Shown: positions 13,113 through 25,488 of the stretch, piece by piece
How positions within the stretch are numbered: position 1 is the stretch's first letter
Layout of the letters: every line of letters starts with the position of its first letter
Origin: Octopus sinensis
Taxonomy: Eukaryota
Direction of reading: 5' to 3'
Length of the DNA: 64,000 nucleotides
NCBI RefSeq assembly: GCF_006345805.1
Contig: NC_042998.1
Location: 186,372,001 to 186,436,000, forward strand
Translations under genes and position numbers: made by a program
The notes under the pieces: generated by a model
Databases searched by the model: none
The model's input: the letters and a program-made list of their open reading frames with translations, nothing else
Told to the model about the DNA's origin: nothing

Positions 13113-14060
13113 ATTATTTCTGTTCTCTCATTCTGAAAGTTCTAAGGATCCAGCCAGCCAGTTATCTGCATTTTATTGCCAACTTAGTAATATGCACTTG
13201 GAAAGATGCCTCATTACTTATGCCAATGTCCAGATTGTGAACTGATTTTGATTCAGGGACTGCACCTGGGCCAGTGTATCCTGTCTGTATTTCATTCAGC
13301 TCCATGTGTTGGTACCACATGGCTTAGAATTTTCCAGCTTTCAACTGCATGTCATTGTCCTCAGTCCACCTGTATATTGCATCCAACTCATGTTGCAAAT
13401 GTGCAACATCTCCAGGGTTCTGTATCTTCTGAGAGACTTTTGTATCATCTGTATAGCTAGTAGGGGTGGCTATCTGTGCAGCTGTGGGCATGTCTGAGTA
13501 GGCCACTATGAATAGTAGTGGCCCCAAGACAGTGCCCTGTGGGACACTACTTATCATTTGCAATTCCTTATAGGTAGCCCTGTTGGCTACCACTACCCAA
13601 CTTCTTTTAGAATGTCATGTAGCCACTCTCCAAGTTTTCTGTCAATGACAAGATTATGCAACTTGTGACATATACCATACCATGGTTGACTTTATTAAAG
13701 GCTTTTGCAAAGTGGAGATATATCATGATCTCCTTTGAGTTGTTGAGCAGCTGCTCTAACACCCAGTCATAGTGCTGCAAGAGCTGTATCAGGCAGCTTC
13801 TATCTGGTCAAAAACCATGCTAGGTGTCAGTCAGCAAGTCATTTTCTTCAAAGAATGTAATTAGTTTCCCTCAGACTTGTCTTGTCTCTTCTCTAACAAT
13901 TTCAGGCCTTGTGCCAAAATATGAAACCACAAATTGTTGGAGAAGAGACAAAAAATTGTCGGAGAAGAGACAAGTCAAAGTCATCCATGACTTTGCTGAT
14001 GTGTGAGGTCAGAGACATAGGCCCATAGTTTTTAGCATCTGCTCTGCTTCGTCCTTTATT
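13113..14060 (-). mobile_element. CR1/L2-group LINE RT core, inverted relative to 11840-13112
   Basis: NYGPMSLTSHISKV, SSVPQGTVLGPLLF, YTDDTK, AGWILRTF. Confidence 0.85.
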
Positions 14061-14544
14061 AATACGTCATATTTCTTCCTCACCCCTTTTTCTTTCCTAA
14101 CAACTCCAGTCAATTATTCTGATGATTATTCCTCTTTTATAATTAAATGTTTATAAGTTTTACGAAAGATGATTCTGATAGGAGGTTCTCACTTAAAAGT
14201 GGTTTTCAAAATATTTTAGAATTTGTTTTCCATTGTTTAAATAGGAAGTGTTTAATTACAAACATACCACATACAAACACAACACGCCCCCACACACCAC
14301 ATGCACACACATATACATATACCCATACATAAACACATATATAGAGAGGTGTACACACATACATATACACACATAAACACATACACACGCAAAAAAAAAC
14401 ATAGGACCTTACACATTCATACATGCAGAGAAACACAAATACACATATACATGTATTCATTCACATATATTCATACATATATACATACACACTCAAAGAA
14501 AAGGAGGGGAGAAGGAAAATTAAGTAAATCATATGTTACAAAAT

Positions 14545-14765
14545 CGTCAGACTCATTTTCTTTAAATATGTCTTTGTATCGTCTGTAATATGCAGTAAAA
14601 GTAGTTCCTTCATCCGGTTTGTAGTGAAATTCTTCGATGGAATTTGCAACACCGTCCACTGAAAGTAATTCTGTCGTATTTCTTGACTGCAGTAACAATT
14701 CTGTTAACTTCTGTAGCTGCTGCTCTTGTTTGACAACTGCTTTCGGGAACTCTTCCATTTCGGTA
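14545..14765 (-). mobile_element. Gypsy (Mag-like) LTR-retrotransposon gag N-terminal fragment
   Basis: MEEFPKAVVKQEQQLQKLTELL...VANSIEEFHYKPDEGTTFTAYYRRYKDIF resembles K02A2.6-type gag; truncated. Confidence 0.65.
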
Positions 14766-14929
14766 CTATTCGAAACCTCGTCGTCACTGTTATATTGCAC
14801 GTTCGGATGGCGTGCCTTCGCCAATAACTTTTTCTTTATTAGCCACGAGGGTCCAACATAGAAGGGGACAAACAAGGACAGACAAAAATAGAATGGAATA
14901 GCTTACGAGCCTCCCAAAACTCGCAGTTT

Positions 14930-15890
14930 CATTTTCGAAAAATTTTGGAAAAATTTTTGGGGAAAATTTTCGGAGAAAATTCTCAAAATATTTTTGTGTT
15001 AAATTTTTGGTGAAAATTTTGGAAAAAGTATGGAAGGCCAGCGGTTTCAAAATCACAAAGTATGAAAGGCCAGCGGTGCCAAAATCATAAAGTATGGAAG
15101 GCCAGCGGTGCCAAAATCTCAAAGTATGGGAGGCCAGTGGTGCCAAAATCACAAAGTATGGATAGCCAGTGTTGCCAAAATCACAAAGTATACCAAAAAT
15201 TTTCGAAAAAGTATTTTTTGGAGATAATTTTCGGTGAAAATTTTCGAAAAATTTTTTGGTAAAATTTTCGAAAAATATTTGGTGAAAATTTTCGGTGAAA
15301 AATTTATGAAAAATATTTGGGGAAAATTTTTGGTGCAAATTTTCGAAAAATTTTTGGTTAAAATTTTCGAAAACTTTTTGGGGGAAAATTTTCAAAAAAT
15401 TTTTGTGCAAAATTTTCGGTGGAAATTTTTGAAAAATTTTTGGGGAAAATCTCAAATCTTTGGGGAAAATTTTCGGTGAAAATTGTCAAAAAATTTTTGG
15501 GGAAAATTTTTGGTGCAAATTTTCGGAAAATTTTTGGTTAAAATTTTCGAAAAATTAAAAAAATTTTCCCCAAAATCTTTTCCAAAATTTTCACCGAAAA
15601 TTTCCCGAAAATTTTACCCAAAAATTTTCCATAAAAATTTTTCGAAAATTTTCCCCAAATATTTTTCGAAAATTTTACCAAAAATTTTGGCACCGCTGGC
15701 CTTCCATACTTTTTCCAAAATTTTCACCGAAAATTTTACTCAAAAATTTTCATCAAAAATCTTTCGAAAATTTTCCCCTTTTCCAAAATTTTGACCAAAA
15801 CTTTTTCGAAAATTTTCCCCAAATATTTCTGAAAATTTCCCGAAAATTTTCACCGAATATTTTATCCAAAAATTTTCAGAAAATTTTCTC
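14930..15890. repeat. gaaaattttt satellite arranged as a large imperfect palindrome, with internal ~30-bp tandem units
   Basis: G-rich left half switches to C-rich right half at ~15555; aaagtatggaaggccagcggtgccaaaa (15026-15190) reappears inverted at ~15685-15712. Confidence 0.8.
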
Positions 15891-16688
15891 CAGCCTATCA
15901 CGTCCACTATTTACACGTATTAGATTAGCCTACTTATCGCCTGGGGGCATCCATACAACATACATATATATGCACACCAACTTTCTGACCTATATATAAA
16001 TATATATATACATATAATAATAATATTAGGGAGTATATCCAAACTTACAGGGAAAAATTAGATTTAGGATTAAATCAAAATCACAGTATAAATATAAATT
16101 AAATTAGAGATAAAACCACTGTTTTTTATGTTTTGGTTTATGTCTGTCACTGTTTGAGTTGCCTAATAGTGGTTTTATCTCTAATTTAATTTATATACAT
16201 ACATATATATATATATACACATATATATACACACACACATATATATATATACATACACATACACACATTGTGTCAAGTATATCAACATCAAAATAAAAAT
16301 CGAATGGATATTGTAGTTGTGATACCCATGCCGTTGGGGTCTCACAGAGGAAATGATGAAGACCGAGATATGCTGTGACTGTGAAGACAAATGAAGTGAG
16401 TTCATGTCTCGCAGGATGGCCTGCTGTGCTAACCTTGGATTGTAGAGTGACCCGCTGTTCTTGAGGAGACCTATTGAGTCAAGTACGTTAACACCAACAT
16501 CAAAATACAAATCAAATGGAAATTGTAGTGTGGCAGATACCAGCACTGCCTGACTGGCATCCATGTTGCTAGCATGGAAAATGGACATTAAACGACGATT
16601 ATGATGAGGAGGATATATATATATATCTATACACACATATATATGCATACATATATACATATATATATATATACATACATATATATAT

Positions 16689-16749
<61 letters not shown>

Positions 16750-16891
16750 TATATATATACATATATATACACCATATATATATACATATATATATACATA
16801 TATATACATATATATATACATATATATACATTATATATACATATATATACATATATATATACATATATACATATATATACATATATTATAC

Positions 16892-16942
<51 letters not shown>

Positions 16943-17999
16943 CATATATATATATACATCATCATCATCATCGTTTAACGTCCGTTTTCCGTGCTAGCAC
17001 GGGTTGGATGGTTCGACCAGGGTCTGGGAAGCCAGGCGCTGCACCAGGCTCCAGTCTGATTTGGCAGTGTTTCTACAGTTGGATGCCCTTCCTAACGCCA
17101 ACCACGAGTAAGCACATAAATGTGAAACAAGGTGGAAAAAAATAGTACTCAAATACCAGAGGTAGAGTAATATGCTATATTTAAAAGCAGCAGAAATATA
17201 ACAAAAGCCGTTACTCAGAGTTTCCTGTTCCCATTCGTTGGACAGTTTTGTTAAAATGGTTCCATATTAACAAAACTGTCCAAATGGGAACATGAAACAG
17301 CTTTTGTTATATTTCTGCTGCTTTTAAATAAAGTATATATATATATATATACATACATATATATATATAGTTCTATATTTAAGAGATGAGGAATTATGTA
17401 CATTATTTACATTTGATAGATATTTGTCCTCATCTTGTTTGTTGTTAACACAATGTTTTGGCTCATATACCCTCCAGCCTTCATTAGGTGTCATGGGGAA
17501 ATTTCAAACGTGGGTTCTCGTTCCTAAGGTATTTTTTGATGTTATCATTATTATTATTATTATTATTACTATTATTATTATTATTATCATTGTTATTATT
17601 ATGTTTTTTCCTTCTTTCTTCAAATTTTCTTCCGTTTCTCGCCGAGTGTTTTCCATGCACCTAGGGCAGAGAAGGGCATTGTATGCATTCCCAGATTACA
17701 CACGCAAATTCACAGATAACATATGTATTTAAAAATTAATAAATAAATAAATAAATTCATGGATGGATGTTATTTATTTTTATCATTATTATTATTATCA
17801 TTATTATTATTATCATTATCATTATTATTATTATTCAGGTCACTGCCTGGAATCGAACTCCGAAAACTTGCGGTTAGTAGCCCGCACTCTTAACCACTAT
17901 GCCATATGCCTGTGGGCTACTGGCGTAGTGGTTAAGAGTGCGGGCTACTAACCCCAGTTTCCAAGTTCGATATACATATTCCAGGTAGTGACCTGAATG

Positions 18000-18032
<33 letters not shown>

Positions 18033-18581
18033 CATAGCCGGCCGCCAACACTTTTTTCTGCAAAATAGGGGTAGCTTATCCTGTTCAGGCTGTATTATTA
18101 GCATTATCCTGTGTTTGAGAATTTAAAATCACTTCTTTAATAATAACAACATTGAAAATTACCTTAGGTTTGAGAACACAGGTTCGAAATTTCCCCCAGA
18201 CACCTGATAAAGGCCGGAGGGTATATTAGCCAAAACATGAACAAAATGAAACGTTAAAAGAAAATTAAAATATTATTTTATTTAAGGCTTAATTCAATTG
18301 ATCATCTTCAGCTGTGAACTTTAAACCTTGCCCTATCAAGAAATACATAGAATGTGTTTGTGTCTCTTACCATTTGTTTTAAAAATAAATTTAAAATCTG
18401 CTTTTTTCTTTTTGAATAACTCTGTATATACATATTGGCTATGTGGTAAGTAGCTTGTTTACCAGCCACATGGTTCCGGGTTCAGTCCCACTGCATGGCA
18501 CCTTGGGCAAGTGTCTTCTACTATAGCCTCGGGCCGACCAAAGTGGATTTGGTAGACGGAAACTGAAAGAAGCCCGTCGTA

Positions 18582-18623
<42 letters not shown>

Positions 18624-18899
18624 CGTGTATGTTTTGTGTTTGTCCCCCTAGCATTACTTGACAACCGATGCTGGTGTGTTTATGTCCCCGTCACTTAGCG
18701 GTTCGGCAAAAAGAGACTGATAGAATAAGTACTGGGCTTACAAAGAATAAGTCCCGGGGTCGAGTTGCTCGATTAAAGGCGGTGCTCCAGCATGGCCGCA
18801 GTCAAATGACTGAAACAAGTAAAAGAGTAAAAGAGTATCGCTAGCTTCTGCACGCATTTTTTTCTCTCCTTGTTTCTCTCCGTGTTTCTTTTCTGTGTA

Positions 18900-18937
18900 T
18901 CTTTCTGTTGAAGAGCGTAGGCTCGAAACGTAAAAGA
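18900..18937 (+). ncRNA. Minimal hammerhead, A6U core variant
   Basis: tcttt CTGTTGA a gagc gtag gctc GAAA cg TA aaaga; perfect stems I and II, ACGT palindromic stem III. Confidence 0.6.
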
Positions 18938-19056
18938 CTTGTTTTATTTATATTCCTGAGCGCCATACTAATACAATTGTTTGTTTGTATTCCACCTGCC
19001 TTCGTCTTTTGTTTATTTCCGTAAACCTGCCTTCGTCTTTTTCATAAAGCTTCCCG

Positions 19057-19098
<42 letters not shown>

Positions 19099-19199
19099 GA
19101 GTAAGCACATAAATGTGAAACAAGGTGGAAAAAAGAGTACTCAAATACCAGAGGTAGAGTAATATGCTATATTTAAAAGCAGCAGAAATATAACAAAAG

Positions 19200-19237
19200 C
19201 TGTTACTCAGAGTTTCCTGTTCCCATTCGTTGGACAG
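19200..19237 (-). ncRNA. Hammerhead relic (core CCAACGA, probably inactive); second copy at ~17208-17245
   Basis: ctgt CCAACGA atg ggaa cag GAAA ctctgag TA acag; architecture conserved but two core substitutions. Confidence 0.4.
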
Positions 19238-19349
19238 TGTTGTTAAAATGGTTCCATATTAACAAAACTGTCCAAACAGGAACATGAAACAGCTTTTGTT
19301 ATATTTCTGCAGCTTTTAAATAAAGTATATATATATATATATATATATA

Positions 19350-19792
19350 TCTGATGGCAATCCCTCAAGGTCGAGGATGATGGTCTTCGCGCAAATTTAC
19401 TGGTGAGTCCGTAGGTGACCGATAAGACCAATTCTTGCTTGAAAAGATCGGTCGCAGTGCAGACATCTAGTGCCGAAAGGGAGAGTCGCACGTGGTTATT
19501 GTTGGTGCTCCTTCCATCGTCGTCTTTTCTCCTCCAGCTCTGTAGACCTTTTCGACTCGAAAGTTGCCGTTCCCTCATGGATGGTTTTCCAGAGTGGTCT
19601 GTTTTTTGCCGTTTCCTCCCAGTTGGTGAAGTCGATGTCACACTTTTTGAGGTTCGTTTTCAGGGAGTCCTTGTAGCGTTTCTTCTGGCCTCCTTTAGTA
19701 CGCTTGCCGTCTTTGAGTTGGGAGTAGAAGATCTGTTTGGGAAGTCATTCATCAGTCATTCTAACCACATGGCCGCTCCATCTTAGTTGGCT
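19350..19792 (-). mobile_element. RTE (BovB-like) LINE 3' fragment
   Basis: Minus-strand QLRWSGHVVRM...GGQKKRYKDSLK...CLHCDRSFQARIGLISHLRTH with stops. Confidence 0.85.
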
Positions 19793-19852
19793 GGGAAGAC
19801 AGAAGAACAAACGTCAGCGTGCTACAAGAAGCAAAAATGACCAGCATCGAAG

Positions 19853-19892
<40 letters not shown>

Positions 19893-19980
19893 TTCAGCAA
19901 AAATTTAGATTCAAATGAATATGGTACTTAATTTAGATGCACCAGAATTTTGAATGGTGTTATCCATAAAAATCCTCTAT

Positions 19981-20070
19981 AATTGGCTGATGAGTACTCA
20001 GCATCTTAAATCTGTTGTAATACTTACAACATTTAATAAAATGATGTAATATGAAACGATCGTACCAAAT
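19981..20070 (+). ncRNA. Type I hammerhead ribozyme with long stem II
   Basis: aattgg CTGATGA, then a long hairpin including ttaaat/atttaa and gttgtaa/ttacaac, then GAAA cgatcg TA ccaaat. Palindromic ACGATCGT stem III, GUA site. Confidence 0.7.
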
Positions 20071-20101
20071 TACCGGAGTCATTCTTGTTGCTTATTTTGA
20101 T

Positions 20102-20135
<34 letters not shown>

Positions 20136-20303
20136 ATATTATATATATACACACACATATATACAGTCATATCTAACATGAATTGTTTTATGTATACAAT
20201 TATAACGATATAATCATATTTAAGGGCTACTGGAAATGACCAGTGCCAATGCTAGAAATAGATGTCAATTAGCTACAATCCACTCTACAATTTGTTCTCT
20301 ATA

Positions 20304-20690
20304 TCTCTCTCTATATATAAACGGCAGTTTGTCTGTGTGTGTTTCTGTGTGTCTGTTTGGTTGTACCCTCACCCTGACCACGGCTTTCAACCGATTCTGA
20401 TGAAACTTGACACACACATAGCCCAATGTCATAATTCAAAACTAACGCAGCGAAAATTTTGAAAAGTTCCCCCAGTTCTGAAAAAGAAAGATAAATTCGA
20501 CATGGGGTCGACAATCAGAAACACAAACCACAGATGGTCTAGGGAATGCAACTCGACCTTTTTAACTATCAAAAAAAATTTACCATCATTATTTTTCCAA
20601 TTTCTTTGCTATTTTTTTGCTATAACTCTCTAAAAATGCTTTATAGTTATTTCCTTTACAAACCCGAGCAACGCCGGGCGATACTGCTAG
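20304..20690 (+). mobile_element. Non-autonomous Helitron
   Basis: A|TC 5' end, subterminal GC hairpin cccgagcaacgccggg (20663-20678), CTAG|T 3' end. Confidence 0.8.
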
Positions 20691-20908
20691 TCTTATATAT
20701 AGAACAAATTGTAGAGTGGATTATAGGTATTTGATACTTATTTCTAGCATTGGTGCTTGTCATTGGCCCATAACTATATCTCTATAATTATAAACATTAA
20801 AAAAATTAATGTTACCTATACGACCATTTTTAAGTGCTAGGCAACTGATATAATCATTTTATGACTATACCTTTATCTTGTAAGTATATAAATACATTTA
20901 TAGATATT

Positions 20909-20939
<31 letters not shown>

Positions 20940-21520
20940 TTATACTTTTACATATATTTCATCATCATCATCATCATCATTTAACGTCCGCTTTCCATGC
21001 TAGCATGGGTTGGACGGTTCAACTGGTGTCTGGGGAGCCCGAAGGCTGCACCAGGCCAGTCAGATCTGGCAGTGTTTCTACAGCTGGATGCCCTTCCTAA
21101 CGCCAACCACTCCGAGAGTGTAGTGGGTGATTTTATGTGCCACCGACACAGGTGCCAGACGAGGCTGGCGAACGGCCACGCTTGGATGGTGTTTTTATGT
21201 GCCACCGACACAGGTGCCAGACAAGGCTGGCAGACGACCACGCTCGGATGGTGTTTTTTATGTGCCACCGACACAGGTGCCAGACGAGGCTGGCGAACGG
21301 CCACGCTCGGATGGTGTTTTTATGTGCCACCGACACAGGTGCCAGACAAGGCTGGCAGACGACCACGCTCGGATGGTGTTTTTATGTGCCACCGACACAG
21401 GTGCCAGACGAGGCTTTTATATATATATATATATATACATATATATACATATATACAATATATAAGAAATTAAAAAAGGAAAATACACATTTTCCTTTTT
21501 TAATTTCTTATATACATTAC

Positions 21521-22120
21521 GAACCCCCTCTTCAATACGCTATTTCACCATGCATTACCCCTCTCTCGATATCCTACGTTCCACTTGCCTAGTACCTGTC
21601 CTCTGAACCACCCCTCCCACTGGTGCTCCCCAATATTTCTGCACCCCCCCACCACCATTATAGGTGTCTACTCTTTGAACCCCCTCTTCAATACGCTATT
21701 TCACCATGCATTACCCCTCTCTCGATATCCTACGTTCTACTTGCCTAGAACCTGTCCTCTGAACCACCCCTCCCACTGGTGCTCCCCTATATTTCTGCAC
21801 CCCCCCACCACCATTATAGGTGTCTACTCTTTGAACCCCCTCTTCAATACGCTATTTCACCATGCATTACCCCTCTCGATATCCTACGTTCTACTTGCCT
21901 AGAACCTGTCCTCTGAACCACCCCTCCCACTGGTGCTCCCCTATATTTCTGCACCCCCCCACCACCATTATAGGTGTCTACTCTTTGAAGCCCCCTCTTC
22001 AATACGCTATTTCACCATGCATTACCCCTCTCTCGATATCCTACGTTCTACTTGCCTAGTACCTGTCCTCTGAACCATCCCTCCCACTGGTGCTCCCCTA
22101 TATTTCTGCACCCCCCCCCC
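21521..22120 (+). repeat. ~156-bp minisatellite, ~3.8 copies
   Basis: Units start at ~21521, 21677, 21833 and 21987 (gaa.cccctcttcaatacgctatttcacc). Confidence 0.9.
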
Positions 22121-22856
22121 ATAAAAAGCACCATCCGAACGTGGCCGATGCCAGACCCCTCTGGCACCTGTGCAGGTGGCACGTAAAAAACACCCACTAC
22201 ACTCGCGGAGTGGTTGGCGTTAGGAAGGGCATCCAGCTGTAGAAACACTGCCAGACTAGACTGGAGCCTGGGGCAGTCCCGAGCTCCCCAGACCCCGGTC
22301 GAAACCGTCCAACCCGTGCTAGCGCGGAAAACGGACGTTAAATGATGATGATGATGATTACAACTCACCACGTAGGGATAATCGAAATTCCTCTTTTCTT
22401 TTACTACTATATATATATATATATACATGTGTGTATGTATATATACTCAAAGATGCACATGCATATTTATATACAACCATGCCCATGAATACATATGGAA
22501 ACACATGAATGTGTGTGCATGAGTGTGATAAACTGACAATCTAAATACAATTTATAATAAAAATTTGCAATTTTATTTTCATTAAAATGCCAGAGATTTC
22601 AGAAGAAAACCCTTTACTACAGTACTCCTTTATTTAGCACTTCTGATTGCCACTCACTCTCACTACATTTGTTCTTTTAGCCTTTTTCTACCAGCATGAC
22701 CAACAAGACACACATTGTATTTTATTACACGTACGATACCCCATAACATTTATAAAAAGTAAAAGCATTTGTATATGTAAATACATAATCTGTTATAGAA
22801 TACATGTATAATAAGCTATTGTATTAGAATATATAATAAATCACAGAAGCATTTAG

Positions 22857-23591
22857 CCCTTTTGTTATTGTATTTCTTTTGAGGTGCTCTGTGTTTCTTT
22901 CTAGAAAGGTCAGCCTGTAATGACATGCATAAGATCTGGTCATCAAATCTAAGTAGAGACTTCAAACTTGAAATCTTCAAAGCCACAGTCGAACTAATTC
23001 TACTATATGGCTCAGAAACCTGGACGTTATCAAAGAAGCTTGAGAGGCGGTTGGATGGAACCTACACTCGCCTCCTTATGAGAGCTCAAAATCTCTCGTG
23101 GAAGCGCCATCAAAATGCAAATATATGGGAAACTACCACCTGCATCATCTCTTGTGAAAGGTAGGAGAGTCCAGTTTGCTGGACATTGTTGTAGAGCTGA
23201 AAAAGAGGTAATTTCTACTCTTCTCCTCTGGAAGCCATCTACTCGCAATACCAGAGGGAGCACACTCTCCTACCCTGATTTAATCTCCAGGGATACAGGC
23301 ATCCAGCAACAGGACCTCCGTAATGCCATGATGGACCGTGAAGTCTGGCGTAGCATGGTAAATTCCAGTGTCTCAACTACGGTCGAACAATGATGAATGA
23401 TGATGATGTTTCTTTCAATTACTTTAAATATAACAAAGAATTTAGTAAAATAACTTAGTTATCATTAAGCTAGTGTTAGGAACATAAATTGTGACTAAGG
23501 TTTGGTGGAAGATTTTAATTCAAAACTTATGAAAACAAGACATTTGTACTCAGAACCAGAGCCGGTTTCAGCCGGCTTGGTAACAAAAGGG
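22857..23591. mobile_element. piggyBac-type MITE abutting the MMACHC stop codon, carrying a nested RTE LINE
   Basis: TIRs cccttttgtta / taacaaaaggg; flanks TTAG (22853-22856) and TTAA (23592-23595). Confidence 0.75.
22902..23406 (+). mobile_element. 5'-truncated RTE-clade LINE
   Basis: IFKATVELILLYGSETWTL and RVQFAGHCCR peptides, (TGA)n tail, 10-bp TSD tgtttctttc (22892-22901 / 23407-23416). Confidence 0.85.
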
Positions 23592-23900
23592 TTAAGCATT
23601 GTTCTTCCTGTTTGCCTGCATATCTTCAATTAATTTGTACCTATCTTTGGGAAGTGTTTTGAAATAATTAATGGCCTCTTCTGTATATCTTTCAGACACT
23701 TTTATTATGTCACGAGCTTTCCAATATTCCCAATCTTCATTTAACATGTTTAGTAGTTTTATTCTAGTCTCTTGATCTGGTATAGCATCAACTGGGTCTT
23801 TCTTCTTTAAGTCTGCAAACTTGAGATTTTTAAAGATAATAGCAGCTCTTATAGCAAACCAGCCACCATATTGCGGATGAATACTAATTCCAAAGATGGT
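23592..23900 (-). CDS. MMACHC: MMACHC coding exon 4 (TIFGISIHPQYGGWFAIRAA...WEYWKARD...ERYTEEAINYFKTLPKDRYKLIEDMQANRKNNA*)
   Basis: Acceptor ctttactatttcag; 309 nt ending in TAA at 23594-23592. IHP.YGGWFAIR and W..W..RD motifs of CblC. Not in the ORF track. Confidence 0.95.
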   Translation of the reverse strand, partial: TIFGISIHPQYGGWFAIRAAIIFKNLKFADLKKKDPVDAIPDQETRIKLLNMLNEDWEYWKARDIIKVSERYTEEAINYFKTLPKDRYKLIEDMQANRKNNA

Positions 23901-24354
23901 CTGAAATAGTAAAGAAAATGAATAATTTTTCCAGGTTCTTGTGTCTGTTAATAAACATTACAATATCAAAGTGAATAAATAGAAAAAGAATTTGTTAATT
24001 GTTTGTCTTCATCTTCCTTTTTTTTGTTTTTTTGTTTTCTGTAAAAAAGAATATAAGGATTTGTATAGTATGGTGAAAATCATTCATTATATGAATGTAT
24101 TGTAACAGAGTTTCCTATGCAGTAATTATAAAAACTCAGGATATTGTACTTTTCAGTAAGGATTTTTAAATACTTTCATCATCCTAAAATCAAAACCTAA
24201 TTTCCAGTATATAAATTTCAGCTAACATCTATAAAGATTTATAAAATGATAAATAATACACATTAGTAAATCAATACATGTTACAGTATTGACAATAGTT
24301 TAAATGCTCATTTAATTTCACAGAGTAAAATGGACATTTCCTTTTATAACTGAT

Positions 24355-25185
24355 TCATCATCGTTTAATGTCCGTTTTCCATGCTAGCATGGGTTGGACA
24401 GTCCGACCGGGGGCTGAGAAGCCAGGAGGCTGCACCAGGCTCCAGTCTGATCTGGCAATGTTTCTACAGCTGGATGCCCTTCCTAATGCCAACCACTCCG
24501 TGAGTGTAGTGGGTGCTTTTTATGTTCCACCAGCACAGGTGCCAGGCAAGGCTGGCAACAGTCATGATCAGTCGGAGCTTTTTATGTGCCACCGGCATGG
24601 AAACCAGTGAAGGTGGCGCTGGCATCAGCCACGTTCAGATGGTGCTTTTTATGTGCCACCAGCACAGGTGCCAGGCAAGGCTGGCAACAGTCATGATCAG
24701 TCGGAGCTTTTTATGTGCCACCGGCATGGAAACCAGTGAAGGCGGCGCTGGCATCAGCCACGTTCAGATGGTGCTTTTTATGTTCCACCAGCACAGGTGC
24801 CAGGCAAGGCTGGCAACAGTCATGATCAGTCGGAGCTTTTTATGTGCCACCGGCATGGAAACCAGTGAAGGTGGCGCTGGCATCAGCCATGTTCAGATGG
24901 TGCTTTTTATGTTCCACCAGCACAGGTGCCAGGCAAGGCTGGCAACAGTCATGATCAGTCGGAGCTTTTTATGTGCCACCGGCATGGAAACCAGTGAAGG
25001 TGGCGCTGGCATCAGCCACGTTCAGATGGTGCTTTTTATGTTCCACCAGCACAGGTGCCAGGCAAGGCTGGCAACAGTCACGATCAGTCGGAGCTTTTTA
25101 TGTGCCACCGGCATGGAAACCAGTGAAGGCGGCGCTGGCATCAGCCACGTTCAGATGGTGCTTTTTATGTGCCACCAGCACAAGT
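24355..25185 (-). mobile_element. Retroposon family C with (GAT)n tail and expandable internal GC-rich minisatellite (copies e.g. 6390-6947, 20960-21415, 22120-22357, 28235-28570, 43962-44345, 46802-47160, 53762-54328, 60617-61070)
   Basis: Shared catcatcgtttaacgtccg...catgctagcatgggttgg...ctggatgcccttcctaacgccaaccac block followed by variable ~60-bp units. Confidence 0.85.
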
Positions 25186-25341
25186 ATCACATCTACAATT
25201 TCCATTTGATCTTTTGATTATCAATAAATTGACATTAGATTATTACTGGTTTTTATTTCATTAATCTTGTAGAGTTAACAGCTACAAGCTATGAAACCAC
25301 AATAACAATAAATTTGATAAAAGCAACATCAAATAACAAAC

Positions 25342-25488
25342 CTTATCTCCCCAAGGATTATTTATCACATCCTTCTTTTGATAATAATATGCAGCACCAG
25401 CAACATGTGCAGCTGTTTGTACTAGTATACTGTAAAGTCGAGGAGCCTTCTGGTCAAAGTCATATATCAGATCTGTATCAGGATAATC
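25342..25488 (-). CDS. MMACHC: MMACHC coding exon 3 (DYPDTDLIYDFDQKAPRLYSILVQTAAHVAGAAYYYQKKDVINNPWGDK)
   Basis: Acceptor ctctattttcag, donor gtttgt, 147 nt. Contains the diagnostic QTAAHVAGAAYYYQ..DV...PWG motif. Not in the ORF track. Confidence 0.95.

Noticed and set aside
16181-16978. Tyr/Ile-rich ORFs (also near 37900, 39100, 47800)
   Set aside because: (TA)n/(TACA)n microsatellite translations.
17913-18000. tRNA genes at SINE heads
   Set aside because: A/B boxes are present but there is no full cloverleaf; they continue into repeat bodies.
24513-25217. 234-aa repetitive ORF
   Set aside because: Open frame through a 123-bp minisatellite of retroposon family C within MMACHC intron 3.
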